Assembly: GCA_965644495.1 (NCBI GenBank)
Contig: CBFFSA010000003.1
Location: 310,001 to 374,000, forward strand
Direction: 5' to 3'
Length of the DNA: 64,000 nucleotides
DNA from: Perkinsela sp. CCAP 1560/9
Lineage: Eukaryota; Protista; Euglenozoa: Kinetoplastea
How positions within the stretch are numbered: position 1 is the stretch's first letter; every line of letters begins with the position of its first letter. The position numbers and the translations under genes were made by a program. Below are positions 20,656-33,324 of the stretch, in pieces. The notes beneath the pieces are model-generated. The model was given only the letters and a program-made list of their open reading frames with translations, did not search any database and was not told the DNA's origin.

Positions 20656-21789
20656 TTCACTTTTTTCCCAAGCTTTGCCAATTCTTACTGTTCCTTAAAA
20701 AACACGCCCATTGAAGAAAAGTTTCATTTAGTCACTCATTTCACAAAGAAAATTGTAAACTTCAAATGCAGTAAAATATTTATTAGAGCACGGACCCATT
20801 TACAAAAGATTCCGAAAAATATATTATAATTTACAAAAGACAATTACCAATCAATCGAGTGACATTTTGTAGCGGAACTCGCGCTCTTTAGCCGCTCGGA
20901 CTATCAAAGGTGACCGTTTTAAGAGTGTTGCATTTCTAGAAATTTTCTTCAGGTTTTCAATTTCTGGGTGAGATATTTTCTTACTTTTTTTCGTCGCTTT
21001 CTTTATGTTCTGACGTGGGACTTCAATCGGAAGCATCACCAAACCATTGCTATCTAGTGAGATAAGTATTTTGATAAAAAGGAAACTGAGTGAAACGTAC
21101 CATGAACCCTCTCCCATTCGCGAGAAGCTTTGCTCGGACCCAAGCTTTTCGCCATTTGTGTGATCATGACCTTTTCCTCTAGGGAAGAAGGTTACTGCTT
21201 TGGGGTCTCTATGGAAATTAGGTCGCGCAAGACCTTCGCTTCAAGCGGGGTGAGCAAATATGCATCCATTTTTTAAAAAAAAGAACAAAATCTATTTTTT
21301 AACATACTTTCGTAACGCACTTTTGTTCCTCACAACCTTTTTCGCATTAACACGACTTTTGTTGACACAACTTTTGTTGCCTCGACTTTTGTTGCGATAA
21401 CGTTTTTTCCCTCCTGTATCTGGAAGAAATATTCTCCTCACACGACAGCGATAGCGCAATATTCATGGTCTTCACCAGCTCACAGAAACTTGCGAGAGAG
21501 AGAGAATACACTTTTTTAGCGAAAGCTATAGATTGCTTGGGGCAATCTGCAATTGTCTGCTTGTGGGATCAGGCGTGCGATGTGGGACTACGAACCTCGT
21601 CGAAAGCCTGTTATCGATGAATTAAAAAGAAAAGCAGGCACGGTAACTTTATCGAAACTTGAACAACAAGAAAAAGAGTTCAGCGAATTTGCTGTCGAAA
21701 GTTCTCTGGTGGAGAATACTATGCGTCCGGAGGGAGCAACTACAAATGCCTCGTGGAAATCGCTTTCTGGTGCTCCAAAATATAAAAAA

Positions 21790-21878
21790 TGGGGGGTCCA
21801 GGGGGTTCCTGGGGGGGGGTCCAGGGGGGGGGTCCAGGGGGGGTCCAGGGGGGGGGTCCAGGGGGGGTCCAGGGGGGG
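21790..21878. repeat. (G6-9 TCCA)n G-tract tandem repeat; related copy at 28849-28899
   Basis: Directly visible GGGGGGGTCCA units. Confidence 0.85.
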
Positions 21879-22584
21879 AACATACGCTCTTACCCCATGG
21901 ATAAGGTGGCAAAGTTTGTTGTTGTAACGGATTGCTTGCCGGCGAAAACCTCAGCAATCAACGGATACAGCGGTTCTTTGGAAGCGTGTAATATAATTAA
22001 CCGAATTTGGAATCTGAAGACGCTATATGGTTTTTCGCTCTCTCAGGTGGATACCTGGAGATCAAAATGCAGCAAATCCTCCGTCAATGCAGAAACTCTT
22101 GGAGGACATTCGAAATAGGAAAACATGTGAGATTTTTGTAAACTGTATCTCCCTTATGGCATGGGAAGATAGCCACACATAACGAGGTGAAGATGCCGTT
22201 TTTCCTGTGAAACTTCCCCACCTGTACTATTGGTATCTCCCTCGTCCGCTTTAGCCTGGATTTCGAAGATGATAATTTCATATTTTTGCATGAATATGAT
22301 GCCACAAAAAATGAATGAAAGAAAATGAAATTAAAAAAAATGCCGCTTCGAGGCAGGATGCATTCTCTTCGAAAGCAACGCTAATAGGGAGGGTACCGGG
22401 GCAACGCTAGGATAGGGGGGATACATTATACATACTGTATTGTATGTACGAAAATTCAATAAATCACTTTACAGAAATGAATTGGTCTCTTGTAAATCGC
22501 TTTTGCCCGAATCACATGACTCATAGCTGGATAAACTGAAGGGAGAAGAGCAATCCAAAAAAAATCAAACTACTTACTGTACAC

Positions 22585-25467
22585 TTATGGCACGTATTTC
22601 GGCTTCTGTTTATCTCTTAAATTCCGGTCTCTCATGGGAATAATTTTGCGTAACTTCATCTTTTTTGCCAGAGCTCTGCTTGTCCCGCGCACGACACGTG
22701 ACCATTCCTCTGTACTAACTTTTCGGCCTCTCACTTCAGGAGATTGCATCGAGTCCGGTTTTGCTTGCCCTTGTACCTGAGCACACTGATAAGTATGAGA
22801 GTTCTTATGGATGTTTGAGAGCCCACCTTTTGATTTGACAACAGAGACATCATGCCCAGCGCTGAAGCTATGCAACAATTCGTCCTTTATCTCATGCGCG
22901 CGAAATTTTGGAGATACATTCCCAGATACCTCGTCTTCAAATGAAACTCCGTCCTTTGTGGGGGTCTCAGAGGTGAAACGGTGTTCTCGTGGCGTTCCTA
23001 AAACCATAGATGTCTTTTCCAAGTGAGTATTATTCGCATCGTCGATAAATGTATTCGGTGTTTCCATTTGCTCGTACACTCTTTTAGAAAAGAGGGGAAG
23101 TTCTGGCGGAAATAACCCTCCACATACAGATGATTTCAAAAGCTTCCAACCCCCCATGATTTGCCATTTTTTTGTTGGTGGCAAGTGTGAACGTGGATAT
23201 AATTTACTATCTCGAGCGTAACAACGGCGATACACTTTTCCCCGGACGAGCTCTCCTTCTTTATTACAAAAGGTCGCCCACATATGACCACGATGAACAG
23301 GCTCTTTCACAATTCGAGAATATCCGTGAAGTTCCTTGAGAAAATGGGTAGAGTACTCATCAATCTCACTGCGTACTACGTAAAGTTCATTCTTTCCTAT
23401 TATTCTTGTTGCGTTTTGCACGTGAGAAGTATTGCTCAGCCTGTTGTACTTGTGGCAGGGAACTAGCAGTTTCGTTGGCGAGTTAGGATGTTCGTCGTCC
23501 TTGATATTATCGTCAGCACCTCCTTCGGAGGATGCGGCTTCCAAATTCTTCTCGTAATGATTTGTTTTTTCCAACTCACGAGCCAGCTCCACTTGACGTG
23601 ATCTTTGCGCTGCATCGTCCTCTTGTTTAGTGCGCGCATTCTTTTTTTCGGCTCTTTCTTTACGTGTGGGGGCAACTTCATTCCGAGCAACAACTAAGTA
23701 GCAAAATTTTTCCTTTGCCCGAGAGCAGCGCGTACGTCGGACCCATTTTTCCACAAATGTCAAATCAAATCCCACCGTCGCATGGCATACTCGCATTGTC
23801 TTGTCCTTCGTGCCAACGCAACAATGTTGCATTGGGCAACGTCTTTCGTGTGGGCATGGCGCTATAATGGTTGGCTGCTCGTTCCATACACCAATTCCTG
23901 CCATATCACGAAGCGCTTCTCGAAGCTCCATCATTATTGCGAAACACGCTATGCTTGCATGGTCAATGATCACAAGAACTTTACCTGTTCGCTTCCACAA
24001 TTTTTCCAGTGCAGACTTGCGTGCTGATGACGTTGGGATTTCGCTGAACGTGTACGCTGCTACTACTAGGTCTTCACGCCCATCTGCATCGTCGGCTGCA
24101 AGGTATCTCCTCCAATGCACAAGTGGTAATTCTTCCGCTAAGTTTACCATCGCTGTTTCCATCATTCCTTGGCTAGGTTCAATTGCAATGATGTGCTGCA
24201 TGGGGCGAAGTTTGGAATCACGCTGATTCATTTTATGCTGGACTTCCACAAGCTTTTCCCACCAAGTCTTTGACTCTTCATCAATCTCATCGGACGTTTT
24301 AGAGGTTTTGTTCTTCGCATCATCCTCTGCGATAACGTCCGCTTTTGCAGAATCTTCATGCAACGTGGAGACAAAATATTGAAGTTGATCTACCTTCTCA
24401 TCCGATTCTTGTGTCCAAATTCCCTTTATGTTGTATTGCTTTTCCCCTCTTTCTAAAGAGCGAGTCAAACCTAATCTGTTTTTTACTCTCTCTATTGCAT
24501 TGGCCCCAACCCGGATTAGTTCGCGCTGCAAGTCTAATGGAATGAATTTCATATCTATCTCACCTCGGCGCAGCATTCCCAAAACAGTCATGAAGCGCGA
24601 TCGTCTGCGTCGAGTATTCGTATTGGCTACTTCGCTGGTTTCATCATTGAGAAGTCCAAAGGTATATTTGCGATGAGAGACATTGTGAAAGAACGTTCTC
24701 TTTAAGTGACGCATGGTGGGGCTCGTGCGAACCATGGATTCCGGATCATACACTTCCTTGATAGCGAGCAATGTTGTTCCTGTACCAGCACCAAAGTCAA
24801 GGACGGATTTCGGAACGAACAGAGGCATAAGTTTTGAAAGTTCATGGAATACGCGATATGTTGCGGCGTACATAGCTGGCGCTCTGTATAGAAAAAAAGC
24901 AACACTGTCCATGCTATCGTACAATGCCGTTCTATTTTCTATTGCATTAAAAAGTGCAATTTTTTTGTGAAATTTCTTGAGCTTCATCTTAATCTCGCGT
25001 CTTAGCTGGGCCTGTGCTTTTTCATCAACGATTAGCATGTTCTTGTTGAGATCATCCAAGGATTCTCGTCGCGTCCACATTTTTCGCTTTATCTCGTTTA
25101 AAGTTCCGGGTTGATTCGACGGCAGCATTTCCTCTGCGTTCAGGTCGTTGAAAAGATGCCGTCGGTCATCCTCAGCTCTATATATGAGAATGGGAACCAA
25201 ATCCACCAGTGCCCTTCGTATATCGCTTTTGTCGTGAGTGCGGTATACTCTCATATAAGCAACCTGCATCGCAGTTGACATTCCTATAACCCCTGGATTC
25301 ATATTTGCAAGATCATCGCGTACTCGATACTGCCGCAGTTTTGGGTTCATTCTGCAATACCGAACCAGGCGCCGAAATTCATAGCTCTCTCGTGGTCGAG
25401 AAACTTGAGTACGCAAAAGTCTATAATGATGTCTCGCAAGTCGGTCCAGAAACGCGCGACATGGCAT
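22585..25467 (-). CDS. RSM22: RSM22/METTL17-family mitoribosome small-subunit assembly factor (SAM methyltransferase fold), long form
   Basis: YRAPAMYAATYRVFHEL, PKSVLDFGAGTGT, IEPS..M, DLVVAAYTFSE, IIAPCPHERRCP...CH, EKFCYL, YSRIVKEP..RGH...FC..EG; intact 960-aa ORF. Confidence 0.88.
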   Translation of the reverse strand: MPCRAFLDRLARHHYRLLRTQVSRPRESYEFRRLVRYCRMNPKLRQYRVRDDLANMNPGVIGMSTAMQVAYMRVYRTHDKSDIRRALVDLVPILIYRAEDDRRHLFNDLNAEEMLPSNQPGTLNEIKRKMWTRRESLDDLNKNMLIVDEKAQAQLRREIKMKLKKFHKKIALFNAIENRTALYDSMDSVAFFLYRAPAMYAATYRVFHELSKLMPLFVPKSVLDFGAGTGTTLLAIKEVYDPESMVRTSPTMRHLKRTFFHNVSHRKYTFGLLNDETSEVANTNTRRRRSRFMTVLGMLRRGEIDMKFIPLDLQRELIRVGANAIERVKNRLGLTRSLERGEKQYNIKGIWTQESDEKVDQLQYFVSTLHEDSAKADVIAEDDAKNKTSKTSDEIDEESKTWWEKLVEVQHKMNQRDSKLRPMQHIIAIEPSQGMMETAMVNLAEELPLVHWRRYLAADDADGREDLVVAAYTFSEIPTSSARKSALEKLWKRTGKVLVIIDHASIACFAIMMELREALRDMAGIGVWNEQPTIIAPCPHERRCPMQHCCVGTKDKTMRVCHATVGFDLTFVEKWVRRTRCSRAKEKFCYLVVARNEVAPTRKERAEKKNARTKQEDDAAQRSRQVELARELEKTNHYEKNLEAASSEGGADDNIKDDEHPNSPTKLLVPCHKYNRLSNTSHVQNATRIIGKNELYVVRSEIDEYSTHFLKELHGYSRIVKEPVHRGHMWATFCNKEGELVRGKVYRRCYARDSKLYPRSHLPPTKKWQIMGGWKLLKSSVCGGLFPPELPLFSKRVYEQMETPNTFIDDANNTHLEKTSMVLGTPREHRFTSETPTKDGVSFEDEVSGNVSPKFRAHEIKDELLHSFSAGHDVSVVKSKGGLSNIHKNSHTYQCAQVQGQAKPDSMQSPEVRGRKVSTEEWSRVVRGTSRALAKKMKLRKIIPMRDRNLRDKQKPKYVP

Positions 25468-25865
25468 TTTTTGCGTAAAAGCACTAATTATTTTAATTAA
25501 GATATTCGGACAAAAACTACCTAAATTACTAAAAAATTAGAATATTGTTTTTAGCGCAAAAAAGCATTTTATGCTTAATTTTTACACTTTTTCTTTATTT
25601 TTAGACTGTTAGCTCATCACAGATTCGTAGAACTTTTTATTCAAAAGCAAGGGGAGGAACAGAGAGTTACCATTTACTTTAACTTTCCATTTATGTACTC
25701 CGTCATAAACTCTTATCCTCCCGATATTCTCTTGGGATTTATCTTTTACTCCTAACCGGTTCCAACTTTAAATGAAGCTTTAACTGATTATTTATGCTTT
25801 CAGCATACCGTGTTTGTTGGTATGCTTTTGGAGGTTGCCCGTTCGATTCTGTCATTCACTAGTTT

Positions 25866-27181
25866 ACTGTGACCTCCCCTTTAATACGGACAGATTTTTG
25901 GACTGTTCGTATTAAAGGGGGCGGTGCCCATGGCACAGAAAATGACGCTATTTCTTACCCGGAAGACCTACTTCTCTTATACCAGAGCTCGATCCTGCGC
26001 CTTGTCGTGGCGCTCTGGATTAACACCCGCAAGGGTTAACCAAGACAGGATCATATGTAGCTACAGAACACGACCGGCACTTAGACGGAGTGCATCAATG
26101 GTCGTGGGAGCACCCTCACCGGATCCTGTCCATCACCCTGCGTTGCGCGGCCAGCATTGAGCCTGGTTGGGACACGTTGGCTGATGTTGGCCAACATGTT
26201 GGCACATGTATGTATGATGCCATGTACAGGGATGCCAACTCCGATCTGGGGGGGTCTAAAATTTGTAAAAATTGTCCAATTTTGAAAAATAATAGCGCAT
26301 TGGAGACCTCTCGCAAAGTTGTATGTCTTTGCCATACTCGGACCGCTCAACTATAGATATTCGATCCGACGAAAAAAAACATGTTTTTTTTGTTCAAAAA
26401 TACGGCAATTTTTAATGTTTTTTTCCTTTTTTTGGCCCAGAAGCGTGTTCGCCCAAGGACTTCCCGTGGCGTTTTGAGCGCCCGGTCCTACTCTTCACCA
26501 GGGAAGACGAAGGAAACCCACAGGATGCTTTTTGTGGCGGACTATGAGAAAACTAACTCATATTCCCGCATAGGCCAAAATTTTGGGGTCCACGAGGGGA
26601 CCCCAAAATTAAGCTCTGGGTTAAGCTCTGGGTCGAGCGTTACAACGCCACTGGGGACGTGACCAGTCGGTCTCCTAAACGTTTGCCTAGGGTCAGTATA
26701 CCAGATCTCAAGGAAGTGGTCTTAAAGATTATTGACGCGGCTTATCGCGACCTTCCTTATGGCATCGCTAATTGGAGCGAGCTTTGGAGAGAGGTTAAGC
26801 GCCATGGTTCCACGTGTTCATTAAATTCCCTAAAGAACATGTTGAAAAAATCAAAAGAAAAAATTATTCTTAGAACGGTAAAGGTTCCTCTTAACTACGA
26901 ACCACAAGGAACGAAGAGTACAATTTGCCACTGAAATGCTACAGTGGAGTGACTCTGCGTTGGAAAATAATATCTTCTGTGATGAAAAAAGGTTTACATG
27001 CAAAACGTCTTCCCGACCCACCTACCTTTGTCAAAAATCTGACCCTCCCAAAGAACAGACAGGTGAATTAGAGCCTTATCATGGTGGAGAAGGGATTATG
27101 GTATGGATGGGGGTGAGTTTAAAGCAACCAGACAGAGTCCGACCAAAGAAGCTTGGAATGCAAGCATCGCTGCGAAGATAA
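25866..27181 (+). mobile_element. Degenerate Tc1/Tc3-like element
   Basis: Left end TA|CTGTGACCTCCCCTTTAATA (similar end at about 18352); remnants NIFCDEKRF and HGGEGIMVWMGVS. Confidence 0.55.
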
Positions 27182-28139
27182 AAAGAAGTCTGGTCATGAG
27201 TGGTGTAAGCGACATCTTGCAAGTGTGAAACCCTAAAGCCTCAATGTTAACATTCATTGGATCTTTTTAGAAAAACTCTTAACCACGAAAGTGGTACTAT
27301 TATTATTAATATTATTCATGTTCACAGGCGCGCTAGCGCCACGGAGAAAGCGAGCGGATGGGCGTGGTTGCGTCACCTCTAAACTATATTCCCGAAAATT
27401 CACACTCACTGCGTCCGGCCTTCGTTGTTGGAGACATGTCGTGCCAGAGCGTTCTCGAAAGCTTTCCTATCTTGAGCATATAAAACTCTTTTCAGCTCGA
27501 TTGGAAACCTTTTTGTGCGTTTTTGTGCACATGGCGCGTCGACGGTGAACAAAAGGTCCGAATGCACGGGGACGGTAGGTCAAATGAAGCGTGTTAATGT
27601 CATGTATGCTCTTCAGCGGAATTGTAGAAATGATAAGTCTAGAGACAAACGACGTATGGTGGTTCTCTTGAGCGCCGAAAATCCTATTCAGCTCGGTTAC
27701 TACCCATCGAACTTTGTTTCTGTGCGCCCAAATTTCTCGCAGTGGCACACAGCACGTTCGTTTTACCGTCGTCCGAAACGTGCCCTACCAGAGATTGTCC
27801 GACAGGATTTCACATAAAACCCCGGTCAAAGTGAAGCCCCGGTCAAAGTTTGTAATTTTAATAATCTGACACTCTAAAAGAAAACGTATTTATTTTAGAC
27901 CAATATTTGAAAAATATAAAAAAATATCTTTTTGGCGCAATAATGCTTCACTTTCACCAAAACCCCTTTCAGCCCGATTGGAAAACCTTGGTGGATGTTT
28001 TTGGGATGGTGAACATGGCGAGTGGATAGTGAACAGAAGCGTTGGACGCACAAGGGCAGCAGGTTGCGTAAACCTCGTTGATTTCACGGACAGTTTTCAA
28101 CGGAATGGTAGAAATAACAAGCCTAGAGACAAGCGACGT

Positions 28140-28830
28140 ATGGTTATTGTGTTGTTGTTGGGTCCGGGCCGTTTGTCTCCGAGGAGATATGGTCTCCTCA
28201 CTTTCCGCGTAGGTAGCGGTGCGGGTGCTCCACGCGGGGAGTAAATATACAGCGCGAGAGCCTAGGCTCAGCCGCAGCGTGTAGACACCCGACTTGCTTC
28301 CTCCGGGAGAATGAGGTGTCATGCCCTAGTTGTTTAGTGTCTTGTTATCTTGACACCGGGCGACCCATGCAAAGCGCGTGGCGATGGGGTGTTGGCGAGG
28401 GCGGCGCACCGGGGCGAAAAGGGAGACCAAGAGGGGGGGCAAACCGGCGGTGCGGAGGTGGCGAGAAGGGCGGCGCAGGGGGGGAGGCGAGGGTGGTCAA
28501 GAGGGGGGTGAGGCGGCGGTGAGGAGTGGCGCAGGAGGGTCAAAGGGGGGCGAAGGCGGTGCTGGGAGTGGAGGGGACGGCAAAGGGTGTATCGATGAGG
28601 TGGGAGTGAAAAAGGGGGTGACGGGGAGCTGAAGGGGGCGGCGAGGAGGGCGGTGAGGAGGGTGGCGAGGAGGGCGGTGCGGAGGCCAGCGTGGAGGGCT
28701 GGCACTGGAGGCGGCGAGGTGGATGAAGCGAGGAGGGAGGGCGAAGAAGTCGACCAAGGAGGGCGGCAAAGAGGACAGTAACGTTGGAGGCGCAGGGTGG
28801 TGGAGGGGGGTCGCGACTACAGGAAATCGG
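28140..28830 (-). mobile_element. Structured SINE-like retroposon (family A, divergent copy 3)
   Basis: C-rich leader, hairpin GCCCG-GTGTC-AAGATAACAA-GACAC-TAAACAACTAGGGC, 3' ATCTCCTCGGAGA motif shared with about 61026-61038, (CAA)n tail. Confidence 0.6.
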
Positions 28831-31023
28831 GCGGCGAAATCGGACCCTTGGGGGGTCCAGGGGGGTCCAGGGGGGGTCCAGGGGGGGGGGTCCAGGGGGC
28901 ATACCGCACGAAATTTTTTTGAAAAAAATATTTTTCGAAATAAAAGCGCAGAAGGGGTAGACAGGGTCTTGGCGCGCATTTTCCACCCCCCTACCCGGGG
29001 GTGATCCCCCCTCGTATGCGCAGGACGGGTCCGTCAAATTCGGATTTTTTCGGATCTTTTTTTGAAAAAAATTTCCACTTGACGAAAAAAATGGTAAAAA
29101 AAAGTATTTTTACAAAATTGTTTCCCCTATTGTAATTTGATAGTTTGGGACCTATTCTAGCTTTCCACGCCATTGTTTTCGCGAGGTGTCGCTTCTTGAA
29201 GCCGTGGTACGCCTCCCAAAATCACCGATTTTTGACCAAAAAGTGCGAAAAAGTAATTTTCGGACCCAAAGGTGTCTTTTTGGGTCGGAAGAATGGTGTA
29301 GTTGGAGTCGCATTCTATACCCAATACCTTCTGCAGCCTCGAATGCATGTCTATGAGTGATTTCCCGCGCGTAAAAGTCGAATTTAGTGCTCTGAGAGCA
29401 AAAATACCCAAAAATCACCCTATTTTTACCTGAAAATCGGCTATTGGCTCAAATCCCTCCGTTTGCTTCAGCGTCCCTGGCCAATTTTCTTTTTTAGGCT
29501 CTTCGTTAAACGCGGTGGTAGTTTTCAACGCGAAGCGCGCAGCATGAGTGACTTCTAAGTTAAAGGAAATTAACACCCCGAAAGGGTTAATTAAACTCTA
29601 ACATACCGAAAGGGTTAATTCTTCGCCCGGACACGTAAAAGCATGCTGGTGCGTGCTCTTTGTTGTCGACGACGAAGCAACACAATCTTTCCCCTCACTG
29701 CGCGTAAATTTCAATGTTGCGTTTGATGAGGAAAACTTACCAAGAAATCAGATTGACATTGTCAAGAGTTTTGACCAGTTGGGGTATAGTAACCACGAAA
29801 ATAGTTAATATGTATTTATACATATAAATATATTTGTATGTATTCAAATAAATATTTATATGTATTCATGGCATTTCATGTTCTTTTACCCCTGAAAGCC
29901 CCGGAAAATAAACTCCCCCCACACTCGCTCACGTTTCCCCAGGCGCAATAGGGAAACTTGCCAATTGATCATAACATGTTGTGGGCAATACAAAAAGGAA
30001 TGCGGTGCGAAGCGGCGCGAATTTTTTTTACCCCTTAAGCAAAGTTATTATATCTAGGGACACTTATTATACCTAGGGACACTTATTATACCTCCTAGGT
30101 ATAATAACCAGGACGGTGGTTTATATATTTTATTATCTAGGACGTTAATCCACTATTTCCATAGTAAAAAGTTTTTCCCACCTGCCCACCTGGGGAGGCT
30201 GTAAAAGGTTTTCCCGTTCGTTAGTATGGTGGCAATAATAAAAATATTATTAGCATATGTTATAGTAATAAATTCAATGGTTGTTTCTCTGGGTACGTAC
30301 AGAAAAATATACATGACATGATTTATGATACTACCGTTCAAAATTACATATAGTTTGATTTAGTTTAACCTAGCGCGAAAGTTGTGATTCTACAGATTAA
30401 AACTCTAGGAATTGTAATTATCCCCTTTTTATCTACAATGAAAGTTATTCACGAACATTGTATTATTGAACGCAAACTTTATCTCGGGTATCGAAAGCTT
30501 ATTCTTCCTACGATATTTTATAATTCTCTTAAAAAATGTACCTTGTTGAATTATAAATTAATTCAATTTTATAATAAGAAATGGTGAAATCAAGAGCTCA
30601 AATCTCCGAGTTAAATCAAGAATCAAGCCTCGAACAAGATGAGGTCCTCGATGTTCCGATATATGATAGTTGTTGATAGTTGTAGGCCTTTTTATCCCGT
30701 AAAGGGGTGTTGCCTCCCCGGAGTAAGCCGAGGTAGCTTGGGGGGAGGTCGCCACTCAAAGGTGGGTTTTCGCCCACCTCGGCCGCTGAACAATCCTAAC
30801 CCTTTCGGGCAAGGACTTCGCATTGTAATCATACGATTACGTACGAGTGTTCCGCAGGTCCTAGTGTCGCCTCCCCCGGACACGTGGAGAGTTGTATGCC
30901 CTCGCTATTCGGCGAACTGGGTGCTATCCTTGGTTCATTCCGAACGCTCCACGTTCCCGAAGGAGAAATCGAACGGCTTGCTGGCATAGTTCGGGAGTCT
31001 CGAGTCTCAACTTCAATGGTTTA

Positions 31024-32461
31024 GAGGGCTGAAACCACCTGGGTTTGCCTGGGTTTGCTAATTTTCTATATTGTATTAGGCAACTCAGTTTCTTCCTTGA
31101 CGAAAAGCACAGTGTATTCTTTAATGCTTTTTTCGCACAATAAGTAACTTATTTTTCTTAGATTTTGTATTTATCCTGAACATACCACAATAGAATGCTA
31201 CACTATGATCTTCCGCCTGACGACGATGAGTTTGTCGTACATGAGTTTTCCTCTCCGGATTCCGAGAAATATGTCTCCCTCAGAAAATGGGTTTCGTTGC
31301 GAGAAACGTTTCGCATCCCTCTTGTCCGGACGGAAAGCACGATGCAATGGCTCCGCATGAGCAAGGCGGAAAGAGACGCCATGAAGTACGCTCCAGAGCG
31401 CTTGCCACCCCCAGAACTCATGTATCGCATGGAAGACAACATTGTCTCTCTATGCGTCAAGTGGGTGACAGACAGGCTTCGCCTGATTTGACGAAGAGCG
31501 AGATAAAGGACAGAGATTCTGAAATAAGAAATCAGAAAAGAATTGATCAGCAGGAACGAAGGAAACAAAGCAAACGACTTAATCGTCAAGCTCTTTCGGA
31601 ATTTAAGCTAGGTGAATGAAGCAGTCACATGTAGTAGTCATGTATGACTATGACATCTATACCTATGACATCTATATCTATTTCTGTACCTTGTTGTACT
31701 TTTTCCTTAGTTCATCCTTTCTTTCCCCGGCAACGGGCATACTCTTACTGTATTTTCATGCCCGTTGCCGGTCGGTACTAAGGCCGAAACTGTCCCTCTC
31801 TATTGTTGAAGCAGGGGACGCGCTTCCACCCCTTCATCCCTTCCCGACTCACTCCCCTGGAGTGAGTGTGCTTCCCTCTCTCGGCTTCCCCTTCTCTCGC
31901 AGTTACCTTTCCGAAGAGGCCATGCGTCACGGTGACCTCCCTTGAGGACCACTAGGCGTGTCCTCCGCCGACGAGACTCCCGGCTCTCCGCACCTGGAGG
32001 TCGCCCAGCTCTCTGCACCTCGGCTCTGTCGCAGCTCTCTGCACCCGGATTGCCCCCGAAACTGTGATATGGGGATTACGCATCCGGCTCCTGCACCTGC
32101 ACATGACAACCGAGCTCTCTGCACCTGGGACTCCAGCTCTCTGTACCCGCACACCTCCGGCGAGGGCGAACCCTCACTTGATCCACCCGTCGTATGCGGG
32201 CACGGACTTTGTGAGCATAATCTCTGCACTATAAGTGCATGAACGAACACTGAAAGTAATGATAATTTCGTACGATTTACATGGACCTCGAACTAGTCTC
32301 CCTGCACCCCCCACCTGGACCCGCCTTCCACCCCCGGGAACCCCCACCCGGATCCTCCAGCGAACTCCATAGCCGAAAAAACGCCAAGTACCTTTGCCAT
32401 TGGTTTCTCTTGGGACCTGACTGGGTTTGCCTGGGTTTGCATTTTACTGGTTTCAGCCCTC
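31024..32461. mobile_element. Non-autonomous PIF/Harbinger-type element
   Basis: TIR GAGGGCTGAAACCA / TGGTTTCAGCCCTC; TTA duplicated at 31021-31023 and 32462-32464; CTGGGTTTGC x2 near both ends. Confidence 0.75.
31670..32270. mobile_element. Short structured non-coding insertion (family B, copy 2)
   Basis: Starts with SL-like TTTCTGTACCTTGTTG; covarying hairpin shared with 9469-9512; array of GCTCTCTGCACC motifs; boundaries approximate. Confidence 0.5.
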
Positions 32462-32919
32462 TTAGACTCCTCAGCTTCAACGGACCAAGTCTTCTAGGGT
32501 GCTGTACCCGCGAGCGGACTTGGTTCTTCAGCTTCAAAGGGCTAACCCTCAGCTTCAACGAGCTCGTATCTCTCCGAATTCTGACCCTACTCCCGTTATC
32601 ATGGGCTAGTTGCAAGCCGCACCAAAGTAAAAAGAGAGATCGCTCCAAAGTTTAGCGTAAAAGACGCACACCCTAGTTTTTTTGTACCTTGTTATGTTCG
32701 GTACCGGGCGACGCCATTCTTCGAGATGCAGCGTGAGGGGGTGGGCGGCGTGTGGGTGAGGGCGGCGCTGGGAGGCAATGGGGGTGAAGGCGGCGAGGAG
32801 GGCGCTGAATAGGGTGGTAAAGAGGGCGGCGAGAATAGTAACGGTAGGGGCGGAGCGAGGAAGCGGGGAGCGGAGAGGAGAGCGGACAGGATCGCGGCGG
32901 GGAGTGTGGCAGGGAGCGC

Positions 32920-33150
32920 GGCGGGGAGCAGGGCGGGGGGAGCGGCGGGGGGAGCGGCGGGGAGTAGGGCGGGGAGTAGGGCGGGGAGTAGGGCGGGGAG
33001 CAGGGCGGGGAGCAGGGCGGGGAGCAGGGCGGGGAGCAGGGCGGGGAGCAGGGCGGGGAGCAGGGCGGGGAGCAGGGCGGGGAGCAGGGCGGGGAGCAGG
33101 GCGGGGAGCAGGGCGGGGAGCAGGGCGGGGAGCAGGGCGGGGAGCAGGGC
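32920..33150. repeat. 12-bp minisatellite (GGGCGGGGAGCA)n, about 19 units
   Basis: Directly visible tandem array. Confidence 0.95.
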
Positions 33151-33324
33151 GCGAGGGAGCAGGGTAGGAAGCACGGCGGCGCAGGAGGGGTGGAAGAGGG
33201 GAGGCAATTGGCGAGCAAGGGCGAGCATGGCGGCGCAGGAGGGGGGGTGCGAGGGGGCGGCGGTGGAACGAAATCCACGCTGAGGGGCATCATCGAAATA
33301 AAATAACATCGAAATAAATAAAAG

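Noticed and set aside
27290-28140. Diverged duplication (27490-27660 versus 27970-28143) as a gene
   Set aside because: Stops in homologous frames and no identifiable domain; probably decayed repeat, left unannotated
31975-32235. CRISPR array
   Set aside because: Repeats are only 12 nt, spacers are very unequal and self-pairing, and there are no cas genes
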